From an uncultured virus (IMG/VR IMGVR_UViG_3300014656_005142) (taxonomy: Duplodnaviria > Heunggongvirae > Uroviricota > Caudoviricetes), in the IMG/VR virus record IMGVR_UViG_3300014656_005142: a DNA stretch of 64,000 nt; one strand, written 5' to 3'. Both the position numbers and the translations under genes were made by a program. The notes beneath the pieces were generated by a model. It was not told the origin of the DNA. It worked only from the letters and a program-made list of their open reading frames with translations, and made no database searches. Position 1 is the first letter of the stretch. Each line of letters opens with the position of its first letter. Positions 56,329 to 64,000 of this stretch are shown here, piece after piece.

Positions 56329-57466
56329 TTTTTTATCAGTAGTTTGCGATGGAATAGGAGATTGTTACAAAGATCTTACTCGGTCTGTCTATGACGAAGG
56401 AGATATTGTTGTTTCTAGAGGGCTAGAGACTAAAGAGATAAGACCTTTTGTTTTAATCCTAAATAAGCCGCAAGAAAGATTTCTTATGTGTCCTGGCAGG
56501 AAAGCTAATATCTTTTTCCAGGTTTTAGAGAGCATATGGATTTTAGGAGGAAGAGGAGATCTTGAATTTATCTCATACTATCTTAAGAATATGCAAGCAT
56601 ATGCAGATAATAAAGAAGAATTTCACGCTCCATATGGAATTCGAATGAGACATGTTGGAAAACATAGAGAAATGTATTATGATAGTTACGGGTTTCATGA
56701 TCAATTAAAACATTGTTATGAATATTTGAAAAAAGATCCTGATACAAGACATGCAGTTATGTCTTTTTGGGATCCCGTTTTCGATAATTATCAAGTGAAA
56801 ACAAATGACAGACCGTGCAATATCGCATTTCATCTTCTTATTCGGGATGGAAAGTTGGATTTTACAATTTTCAACAGAAGTAACGATCTTCACTGGGGAT
56901 TGGCAAATACTAATGTTGTTCAATTCTCCGTGATTCTCGAAGCAATGGGAATGTTACTTTCTATTCCAGTAGGAAATCAGATTCATATATCGAATTCTTT
57001 ACATTATTATACGGATAGTCTTCTCACTAAAAGTGTTTTAGATGCAGAATATGAATTTAATCCATATGAGCATATTGAGCCTCTCCCTTTTGAAATGGAA
57101 TTCAAAACAGAAGATAGATTAGCGGATCTAGATGAAGAGTTAGAGTTATTTTTTAAGTTAGAAGATAAAATAAGAAAAGGAACTGATGAAGAATCTGATA
57201 TCGATCTTTCTTTTAATTTTTTACAAATTGCTCTCATTTTATCTAGATCTTTTAAAGCTTATAAAGAAGAAAATTATAGAAAGGCTTACAGTTATATAGA
57301 AAGAATTGAAGCAGATGATATATTTGTTTCAGCAACAGAGTTTTTAGTTCGTAAGATTACAGAAGATCTTTTGAGAGATGAGATTTCTGTAACTGTTAAA
57401 GCAAGATTTCAGAAATTATTAGATGAAGAAATTAAACAAATAATTCATTTCATATTTAATCATTGA
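56318..57466 (+). CDS. Thymidylate synthase-like protein, dUMP hydroxymethylase type
   Basis: ANIFFQVLESIWILGGR, YG.R, DPDTRHAV, DRPCN (catalytic Cys), NRSNDLHWG...N, SNSLHYY; long C-terminal extension. Confidence 0.85.
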   Translation: MRDDFLSVVCDGIGDCYKDLTRSVYDEGDIVVSRGLETKEIRPFVLILNKPQERFLMCPGRKANIFFQVLESIWILGGRGDLEFISYYLKNMQAYADNKEEFHAPYGIRMRHVGKHREMYYDSYGFHDQLKHCYEYLKKDPDTRHAVMSFWDPVFDNYQVKTNDRPCNIAFHLLIRDGKLDFTIFNRSNDLHWGLANTNVVQFSVILEAMGMLLSIPVGNQIHISNSLHYYTDSLLTKSVLDAEYEFNPYEHIEPLPFEMEFKTEDRLADLDEELELFFKLEDKIRKGTDEESDIDLSFNFLQIALILSRSFKAYKEENYRKAYSYIERIEADDIFVSATEFLVRKITEDLLRDEISVTVKARFQKLLDEEIKQIIHFIFNH

Positions 57467-57485
57467 AAATGAAGGAATATTATAT

Positions 57486-60400
57486 ATGAACCCACCTCCC
57501 CTGCACGTTCACGATCATTTTTCAACTCTCGACGGAGTTCCTTCTCCTGAATCTTATCTTGAATTATGTGATGAGCTAGAAATCCCTGCTATAGCTTTTA
57601 CCAATCACGGCAATTTATCTAGTCATGCTCAGGCTTCTATAGAATCTAAAAAATATAAAACCAAAGTCATTCTTGGAATAGAAGCTTATGTTTCTAGAAG
57701 CATAAAAGAAATTAATCTTTTAAGAAATAAAACAGATGAAGAAAGTAAGAATAAGCTTAAAAAACAAAGAGGAACATATCATATTATCTTACTTGCCAAA
57801 AATAAAGAAGGCTATCAGAATCTCATTAGACTTAATAATGAATCTTGGACAAAAGGGTTTTATTATCGTAATAGGATTGACTTTGGACTCATCAAAAAAT
57901 ATTCTTCTGGATTAATTTCATTGTCTGCTTGTTCCTCCGGAGTAATAAGTAAACTTTTATTGCAAGATAGAGACAAGGCTGCTGAAAAAGTTGCAACGTA
58001 TTTTAGAGACACATTTGGAGAAGATTTCTATTTAGAACTACAGCTTATAGATTATGAACCTCAGAATGTTGCAAACAGTAAACTAATTCCATTGGGAAAA
58101 AAACTTGATATTCCTTTTGTTCTCACAAATGACGTACATTTTTTAAGAAGGGGAGATGACAGGCTACAATCTGTACTCATCCAGTTAGCCACAAAGGGAA
58201 AGTTTGAGATGAAGGCTAAAGAGCTTTATTTAAAAACTCTTTCTGATTATGAAGAAAATTTTAAGAACCAAAGTATTATTCCCAGAGATATTTTTGTAGA
58301 ATCCATTGATAATACTTTCAAAATAGCTGATAAATGTAACTATCAAGTAGAAACCGGCAACTTATATTTTCCTGAATTTAATCATAAAGAACATTTTTTA
58401 TATAACAAATTTCCATTAGAAGATAAGAAAGAATTCTTTAAAAAGATAGTTCTTTATAGAGCTAAAAGAATACTGGGGAATAAGTTCAGTGATGAAGTTT
58501 ATAGAAAGAGAATCAAGAGTGAATATAATACTATTTCTTCTTTGGGAGGAATTGATTACTTTCTAATAGTCGATGATCTACTTCATTTTATTAGAGAAAA
58601 TAAAGCCTTTACTGTTATAAGAGGATCTGCTAATGGAAGTCTTATTGCTTTCATATTAGAGTTCGGGCTTATAGATCCCATTAAACATAATATAATGTTT
58701 GAAAGATTTATAAGCAAACATAGAAGTCTTAATGATATTGATATAGACATAGATGTAAGATCTGAGTTTAGACAAAAAGCTATAGATTATCTTAAGAATA
58801 AATATGGAAATGATAGAGTTCTATCTATAGGAACTTATAATAGAATGCAGCTTAAAGGAGCAATTAAAGACATAACGAGAGTGTTCAAGGAGAGGCTTGA
58901 TGAAAAAATAGCTAAAACTAAAGATGAAGCGAAAGCTGAACGCCTTGCAGAGAAACAATCTGAATATCTCTTTCCTGTTATCAATAGAGTCACTTCTATT
59001 ATGGAAGGAGACTTAGATGTAGAAACTGCTAGAAGAAATCATGAAATTTTTAACAAGTGGTACGAAAGAAATAGCAAGTTGATGCAGAGATATATAGAGC
59101 CGGTAATAGGAAATATCAAAAACGTATCTCTTCATCCCGCTGGAATAGTTATTATTCCTGAGAAGGCTGATAATCTTCTTCCCATAAGAACTCAGGCTCA
59201 TCCTCATGATCCTAAGAAAAGAGTTATTGCTACAGCTTGGGAAAATTCTCATACGGGTAGAGAAGATTTAAATGAAATAGGAGTTATGGTATTAGATATT
59301 TTAGGAGTTAAAACTTTATCTGTTGTTTCTGAAGTGATAAGTCTGGTAAAGAAAACTCGAGGGATCGATATAGATATTTCTAAAATATCTCTTGAAGATA
59401 AAAAGACTTTAGATATGTTTAATAGGAAAGAATTGATAGGAGTGTTTCAGTTTTCAGGAGGAGCAGCTTCTCAGATAGTTGATATAACAAATATAACAGA
59501 GTTTAATGATCTTATAGTTATTAATGCCTTAGCCAGACCAGGAGCTCTAGGAGCTAAAGCGGAACAGGATTTTGCAGAAAGAAAGAAAAATCCTAAACTT
59601 GTCAGGTATGATCATCATTCTCTTAAAGATATTCTAGGAGATTCTTTGGGGGTATTAGTATTCTCAGAACATATTTTAAGAACAGCTTCAGAATTTGCAG
59701 GAATGCCTCTTAAAGAAGCAGATACTCTTAGGAAAATTATTAAAAGTAAGAGTCCAGAAGTTTTTAAAAAGTATAGATCTATTTTTATTAAAGGGGCTAT
59801 GAAGAAATGGAAAAAAGATAAGAACATTAAAGAGATAGCTAAAAATATATGGAATAAATTTTCTAAAGCAGGGAGTTATTTATTCCCCAGGGGACATGCT
59901 GCGAGTTATGCTCTCCTTGGGTATATATGTCAATATCTTAAAGTTCATTATCCTATAGAATTTTTTACATGTCATTTAAGATATGCTGAGCAGAAGAAAT
60001 ATGGAAAGATCAGAGATGTTGCTCAGTCAGTGCATGGAATTAAGTTTAAAATGCCCACTATACTTACCCCTTGTTTAAAGTTTGAGACTAGTGTAGACCA
60101 CATTAGATGGCCTCTGACCGGCCTTAAAAGCGTGGGTAGTAAAGCTGTTGGTAGCATAGTTGCAAATGTTCCTTATTCTTCTTTTGAAGATTTTTATAAC
60201 AAGGTAGATAAAAGAGTTTGTAATAAGAGAGTCGTGACTAATTTAATTATAGCTGGTGTATTTTCAGAATTTGGAAATAAGAGAGCTATAATGGGTAAAT
60301 ATATAGAACTCAGGAAAGATAAAAATAAAGATCTTCCTATTGCCTTTTCTTCTAAGAATTTATTAGCTGCTGAAATGGAAAATATTTATGGATTTGAATT

Positions 60401-60776
60401 AGAATCTATAGAAAAGATGTATCGTGAACAACTAAAGCCGTATAGGAAATTATTAACCAGCAGTAAGGAATTCTTTGAAGCTGATGCTGGAGATCAAATT
60501 GTTCTTTTTGGAAGGGTTGAAAAAATTAATCCCATAGTCACTAAGAAGGGAGATAAGATGGCGTTTTGTAGTCTTAAGGGGATTGAAGATATATATAATA
60601 TCACTTTATTTCCTAAGACTTATGAATTTGCTAAAGATTATTTCAAGAAAAATAATGTACTAGTCATATCTGGCAAAAAAAATATTTACAATAGCGAACA
60701 TTCTCTTATATTAGAGGTTTCTGATAGAGGAAAAGTGATTGGATTCAAGGATAAAAATTGGGCGATAAAACTATAG
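57486..60776 (+). CDS. dnaE: DNA polymerase III alpha subunit
   Basis: PHP domain (LHVH, TNHG, TNDVHF), RGSA.GSL, FERF, DIDID, HPAG, LDILG, F...HA..Y, C-terminal OB fold. Confidence 0.97.
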   Translation: MNPPPLHVHDHFSTLDGVPSPESYLELCDELEIPAIAFTNHGNLSSHAQASIESKKYKTKVILGIEAYVSRSIKEINLLRNKTDEESKNKLKKQRGTYHIILLAKNKEGYQNLIRLNNESWTKGFYYRNRIDFGLIKKYSSGLISLSACSSGVISKLLLQDRDKAAEKVATYFRDTFGEDFYLELQLIDYEPQNVANSKLIPLGKKLDIPFVLTNDVHFLRRGDDRLQSVLIQLATKGKFEMKAKELYLKTLSDYEENFKNQSIIPRDIFVESIDNTFKIADKCNYQVETGNLYFPEFNHKEHFLYNKFPLEDKKEFFKKIVLYRAKRILGNKFSDEVYRKRIKSEYNTISSLGGIDYFLIVDDLLHFIRENKAFTVIRGSANGSLIAFILEFGLIDPIKHNIMFERFISKHRSLNDIDIDIDVRSEFRQKAIDYLKNKYGNDRVLSIGTYNRMQLKGAIKDITRVFKERLDEKIAKTKDEAKAERLAEKQSEYLFPVINRVTSIMEGDLDVETARRNHEIFNKWYERNSKLMQRYIEPVIGNIKNVSLHPAGIVIIPEKADNLLPIRTQAHPHDPKKRVIATAWENSHTGREDLNEIGVMVLDILGVKTLSVVSEVISLVKKTRGIDIDISKISLEDKKTLDMFNRKELIGVFQFSGGAASQIVDITNITEFNDLIVINALARPGALGAKAEQDFAERKKNPKLVRYDHHSLKDILGDSLGVLVFSEHILRTASEFAGMPLKEADTLRKIIKSKSPEVFKKYRSIFIKGAMKKWKKDKNIKEIAKNIWNKFSKAGSYLFPRGHAASYALLGYICQYLKVHYPIEFFTCHLRYAEQKKYGKIRDVAQSVHGIKFKMPTILTPCLKFETSVDHIRWPLTGLKSVGSKAVGSIVANVPYSSFEDFYNKVDKRVCNKRVVTNLIIAGVFSEFGNKRAIMGKYIELRKDKNKDLPIAFSSKNLLAAEMENIYGFELESIEKMYREQLKPYRKLLTSSKEFFEADAGDQIVLFGRVEKINPIVTKKGDKMAFCSLKGIEDIYNITLFPKTYEFAKDYFKKNNVLVISGKKNIYNSEHSLILEVSDRGKVIGFKDKNWAIKL

Positions 60777-60946
60777 CTTTTCTATTTGTAGCTGTTAAAG
60801 CTTTAAGAGAAATTCATGATACTCAGGGCAGAGTGTGTCCGGTATATGAAATATGTGAACAAAAATCTTGTAAGGGCAGCTATGAATCTTGGATTATTGC
60901 AGATAAGGCTTTGAAAGAACTAGAATTACTGGTAAAAGAGAAATAA
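60758..60946 (+). CDS. Small hypothetical protein
   Basis: ORF track, TTG start. Confidence 0.45.
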   Translation: MGDKTIAFLFVAVKALREIHDTQGRVCPVYEICEQKSCKGSYESWIIADKALKELELLVKEK

Positions 60947-60952
60947 CGGAAT

Positions 60953-61648
60953 ATGGATATTTTTAAAAATAAATTAGTTGATGATATTTCAGACTTTCAT
61001 CCCACTGAAAGAAAAAAGAATTGGAGTTTCGAAGTATTATCTCATTTTGGAGAAGTTGGGGCGATAATAAAATCTGTAATAATGGGAGTTTCTTTTACCA
61101 GCCTTACAGAAGAAGTATATGGATTTAATTCTATAAGATCTGGATTGATAAAAGAGTTTACTGATCTTAGTTATGATTCTTTTATGAATATTCTCAATCA
61201 TTATTCTGGATATTATAATGTGTTCATTAAAGAATTTATTGAAAGTGTTTTAAAAAAATCTTTTATCAAAAGAGACTACAGAAAACTTTTAGAAATTAAT
61301 AATACTTTAAATAGAGAGTATATAAAAATTATTCATGAAAAGAATAATAGATATGATTCTAATGCTTTGCAGATTTTGGGATTTTTTCCTAAAGATAATA
61401 GGTGGAAAGATTTTGGATATTTTCCTAGAGATCTTTCTTCTTTTATTTTTACAGAATTTGGTTTACAAAATTCTTTATTAATAGGATTTGAGAAAAAAGG
61501 GGAGAGAAATCTTATTTTAACAATCTTGTGTAACAAGAATGGATTTGCAAATAAAATAATAGAAGATAAATTTGTTGAAAATAAGAAAGAATTTGAGTTT
61601 CTAGATCTTAGAAAGTTAAGAGAAAAATTATCTGTGCAAGGGGGGTGA
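60953..61648 (+). CDS. Hypothetical protein, possibly degenerate MazG-like N-terminus
   Basis: HFGEVGAIIK...LIKEFTDL resembles the MazG GEV..K / ExxD helices. Confidence 0.35.
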   Translation: MDIFKNKLVDDISDFHPTERKKNWSFEVLSHFGEVGAIIKSVIMGVSFTSLTEEVYGFNSIRSGLIKEFTDLSYDSFMNILNHYSGYYNVFIKEFIESVLKKSFIKRDYRKLLEINNTLNREYIKIIHEKNNRYDSNALQILGFFPKDNRWKDFGYFPRDLSSFIFTEFGLQNSLLIGFEKKGERNLILTILCNKNGFANKIIEDKFVENKKEFEFLDLRKLREKLSVQGG

Positions 61649-61995
61649 TTAATATTATCACTAAAATAGTCGGGGTGACGTTTAGAAATTTGGAATACAA
61701 TATTAATAGGCAGGATATAATTAAACAATTATCTGGAAAAGAAAAAGTTTCTCTTAGAAGAGAACCAAAGAATAGATTTGATACTAATGCTGTGGCTGTA
61801 TATGTAGATCTTAGTAGTAAGAAATATAAAATAGGATATCTAAAAGCTGAACTTGCAGGAATAGTTGCAGAAATGTGGAAAGACTATAGATTCGTTTCCA
61901 GCATTTCTGAAATAAGAATGGGAGATGAGGAAAAGAATATTTCTTGGGGAATTTCTCTTGAAATTAAAAAGGCTAGATTAAGAAAATATGAATAA
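61645..61995 (+). CDS. HIRAN domain protein
   Basis: KIVGVTF, LRREPKNRFDTNAVAV, KIGYL. Confidence 0.92.
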   Translation: MINIITKIVGVTFRNLEYNINRQDIIKQLSGKEKVSLRREPKNRFDTNAVAVYVDLSSKKYKIGYLKAELAGIVAEMWKDYRFVSSISEIRMGDEEKNISWGISLEIKKARLRKYE

Positions 61996-62009
61996 AAGGA
62001 TTCAATATT

Positions 62010-62384
62010 ATGCCTATTTATAATTATGAATGTAAGAGTTGTGGATATTCTTTTGAAAGAATAGAAAAGATCACTTCTCTTTCTTGGAAAGAAGTTTCTA
62101 AAATTAGAATAAGATGTCCTAGGTGTAATCAGAAGAAATCTAAAAGAATTGTAGAATCTTTTAAAGTGGGATCTAAGATTTTAGAAACTAGAAATAAATC
62201 TGGCTATCAAACAGATGAACTCACTTTGGGGAAGATGATAGATGAAGGAGGAGTTCCTTATGAATATAAAGAAGATCTTAGAAAAAGAAGAGAAATAATT
62301 ACACGGCAAAATGAATATAATAAGGGCCTTTTAGAAAGAGCTAGAAAATATAAATTTGATCCTTTTAGTGAAGATGAATCTTAG
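62010..62384 (+). CDS. FmdB-family zinc ribbon protein
   Basis: MPIYNYECKSCG..FE..CPRC. Confidence 0.88.
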   Translation: MPIYNYECKSCGYSFERIEKITSLSWKEVSKIRIRCPRCNQKKSKRIVESFKVGSKILETRNKSGYQTDELTLGKMIDEGGVPYEYKEDLRKRREIITRQNEYNKGLLERARKYKFDPFSEDES

Positions 62385-62802
62385 ATATATAGAAATAGAA
62401 GATAAAGTGAAGGAAGCAGGATTTAGAAATTTTGCTTCTTTCTATTTTACTTACTATTATAATAAAGATTCTAAAACAACTCTTAAAGGGAGTGCTAGAA
62501 TTTTAGGAGTTTCTGAATATAAATTAAGAACTTCTGTTTTGGAAAGAAACTGGCCTATTAAAAGCAGATCAACTTGTTCCAGAACGAAACATAGAAAAAG
62601 AAGATTGTATATATGGGAAAAGGTAAAGATGAATACTCCTTTTATTTTTCCTTGGTGCGCTATTAATTATTATTATAATAGATGTCTGCTTACAACTTAT
62701 GAGGTAGGAAAAGTAATAGGAATAAGTCAATTTTCTGTAATAAAACTTATGAACAAATATAAAATGGATAGGAGGAAGCAGGGATCTTATGAAAAAAGAT
62801 AA
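62374..62802 (+). CDS. Putative HTH DNA-binding protein
   Basis: Two HTH-like segments (TLKGSARILGVS, TTYEVGKVIGISQFSV). Confidence 0.6.
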   Translation: MNLRYIEIEDKVKEAGFRNFASFYFTYYYNKDSKTTLKGSARILGVSEYKLRTSVLERNWPIKSRSTCSRTKHRKRRLYIWEKVKMNTPFIFPWCAINYYYNRCLLTTYEVGKVIGISQFSVIKLMNKYKMDRRKQGSYEKR

Positions 62803-63421
62803 TGAAATATTAGATTTTCTTAGAAGAGCTAGAAGGTTGAGTTATATAGAAAGATGTAGTAATACTATTCATATAAAACCTTATAGTGTCGCAGAGCATT
62901 CTTTCTATATAGCTTTATATACTATGATATTTGCAGATTTAGAGAATGAAAGAATTGGTGAAGAGATTTATGATGTAGGAAGTATAAGTAATTCCTCAAG
63001 TAATATTAAAAAGACATATGATGTTTTTGAAGCTGTAAGAAAAGCTTTAGTTCATGATCTTGAAGAGAGTGAGACAGGAGATATTCTATATCCTATGAGG
63101 AATATGGATTCAGATCTTAGAGATAAAATTAATGAGGTTAGAGATATTTGTGTAAACAAGGTAGTCTTTTCTGAATTACCTGTAAATGTAAGAAATTATT
63201 ATATTAGGTTATGGTCGACATCGAAAGATGATAGTAAAGAAGGAATATTAGTAGCGGCTATGGATAAATTCGAGATTCTGATGTTTGCAATAGATGAATT
63301 AGATATTGGAAACAAGGCTTTTTTAAAGATGTATAAAGATGTTAAGGAAATATTATTCCAATTTACTATCCCTTCTTTACTGTCTGTGTTAGATAAAATA
63401 GAATCAATTTATGGAAAATGA
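62789..63421 (+). CDS. HD-domain 5'-deoxynucleotidase (YfbR-like)
   Basis: RLSYIERC, SVAEHS, HDLEE..TGDI, DKFE. Confidence 0.88.
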   Translation: MKKDNEILDFLRRARRLSYIERCSNTIHIKPYSVAEHSFYIALYTMIFADLENERIGEEIYDVGSISNSSSNIKKTYDVFEAVRKALVHDLEESETGDILYPMRNMDSDLRDKINEVRDICVNKVVFSELPVNVRNYYIRLWSTSKDDSKEGILVAAMDKFEILMFAIDELDIGNKAFLKMYKDVKEILFQFTIPSLLSVLDKIESIYGK

Positions 63422-63452
63422 TTCTAAATTTAAAAGAAAGGAGGTGAATCTT

Positions 63453-63824
63453 ATGGGATTATCTTTAGGAGATGTTGCTGGAGAAGTATTTCTTAGGATT
63501 GATAGTGTGGAAGGGCTTCCTAAGCTAAAGAAGACTGGAGTTTATGAAATTCTCAAGGCTTCTTTTGATGTAATTACTCAAGCTGTATCTGCGGGAGAAC
63601 CTGTTTCTATTTCTTATTTTGGAAAGTTTACTCCCTATATTAAAGCAGCTAGGAAAGCTAGGAATCCCCATACGGGTCTATCAGTTTCTGTTCCAGAAAA
63701 AACCGTTGTTAAATTTAGGCCGAGTAGTGCTCTTAGAGAATCTGCTCTTTCTGCTCTTGGAAATCTTAAAGAGTCTTCTAAGAAGGAAGAGAAGAAACCT
63801 CTCAAGAAGAAGAAAAAGAAGTAA
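63453..63824 (+). CDS. HU/IHF-family histone-like protein with Lys-rich tail
   Basis: GEPVSISYFGKF..ARKARNPHTG..VPEKTVVKFRPS; GGAGGTG SD before ATG 63453. Confidence 0.9.
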   Translation: MGLSLGDVAGEVFLRIDSVEGLPKLKKTGVYEILKASFDVITQAVSAGEPVSISYFGKFTPYIKAARKARNPHTGLSVSVPEKTVVKFRPSSALRESALSALGNLKESSKKEEKKPLKKKKKK

Positions 63825-63843
63825 TTTTAATATTAATATCTTT

Positions 63844-63878
63844 ATAGGGAGGAAGCCTAAAAATTTCCTCCCTATTTT
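63844..63878 (+). terminator. Intrinsic terminator after HU gene
   Basis: ATAGGGAGGAA...TTCCTCCCTAT followed by TTT. Confidence 0.7.
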
Positions 63879-63887
63879 AAGGATCAC

Positions 63888-64000
63888 ATGAAACAGACAG
63901 TTGGAAAATTTCAGAAATCTAAACTTAAAAGAGAAATTGCAGGAAAGCTTTTCGAAGATCTTACTAAAATTACATTCACTTTTAAGACTAAGACCTTTGA
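63888..64000 (+). CDS. 5' part of a gene running off the window
   Basis: AAGGA SD then ATG; MKQTVGKFQKSKLKRE... Confidence 0.45.
   Translation, partial: MKQTVGKFQKSKLKREIAGKLFEDLTKITFTFKTKTF

Noticed and set aside
56318..57466. Calling this canonical thyA or a dCMP hydroxymethylase
   Set aside because: It lacks the ThyA GxPFN spacing, and has Asn rather than Asp at the specificity position
62789..63421. DatZ / Z-genome (2-aminoadenine) system
   Set aside because: No PurZ in the window; the HD protein alone is not diagnostic
2026..63887. The other short minus-strand ORFs in the track
   Set aside because: They overlap well-supported + strand genes and show no recognisable motifs
1..64000. 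Alternative genetic code (stop-codon reassignment)
   Set aside because: Long genes are intact in code 11, and TAA, TAG and TGA all end genes at tight junctions

Overview
A 64-kb segment of a large AT-rich (roughly 30% GC by eye) tailed dsDNA bacteriophage. Essentially all real genes lie on the + strand, and TAA, TAG and TGA all act as stops. (1) 1-21.8 kb is tail morphogenesis: tail tube, assembly chaperone and its probable frameshift partner, a 1908-aa tape measure, and tail-tip/LamG fibre genes. An AdoMet-decarboxylase plus DUF3326 pair interrupts it. (2) 21.8-41.8 kb is a large glycan-building and decorating region: GT9, four GT2, GT4, a TagF-like transferase, Gmd, FnlA/FnlB-like enzymes, three sulfotransferase-like genes, APS kinase and methyltransferases. 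It also holds a DNA MTase, a family-4 UDG, an origin-like non-coding region and a tRNA-Leu-like RNA with an aberrant anticodon domain. (3) 41.9-64 kb is replication and DNA modification: an intein-containing SF2 helicase, DnaC-, DnaB- and DnaG-like genes, DnaE, HIRAN, an HD nucleotidase and HU. The best candidate for an undescribed system is a thymidine-hypermodification locus: a dUMP-hydroxymethylase-type TS homologue, a GT-B glycosyltransferase fused to a DUF5655/YjbR-like domain, an acidic protein carrying the same domain, and two DUF2284-like Cys-rich proteins. Other notable signals are the tRNA-like RNA, mini-genes flanked by duplicated gene-junction sequences, and a degenerate ~80-bp dispersed motif that also lies inside coding sequence. 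All family calls come from motif recognition by eye; no database search was run.
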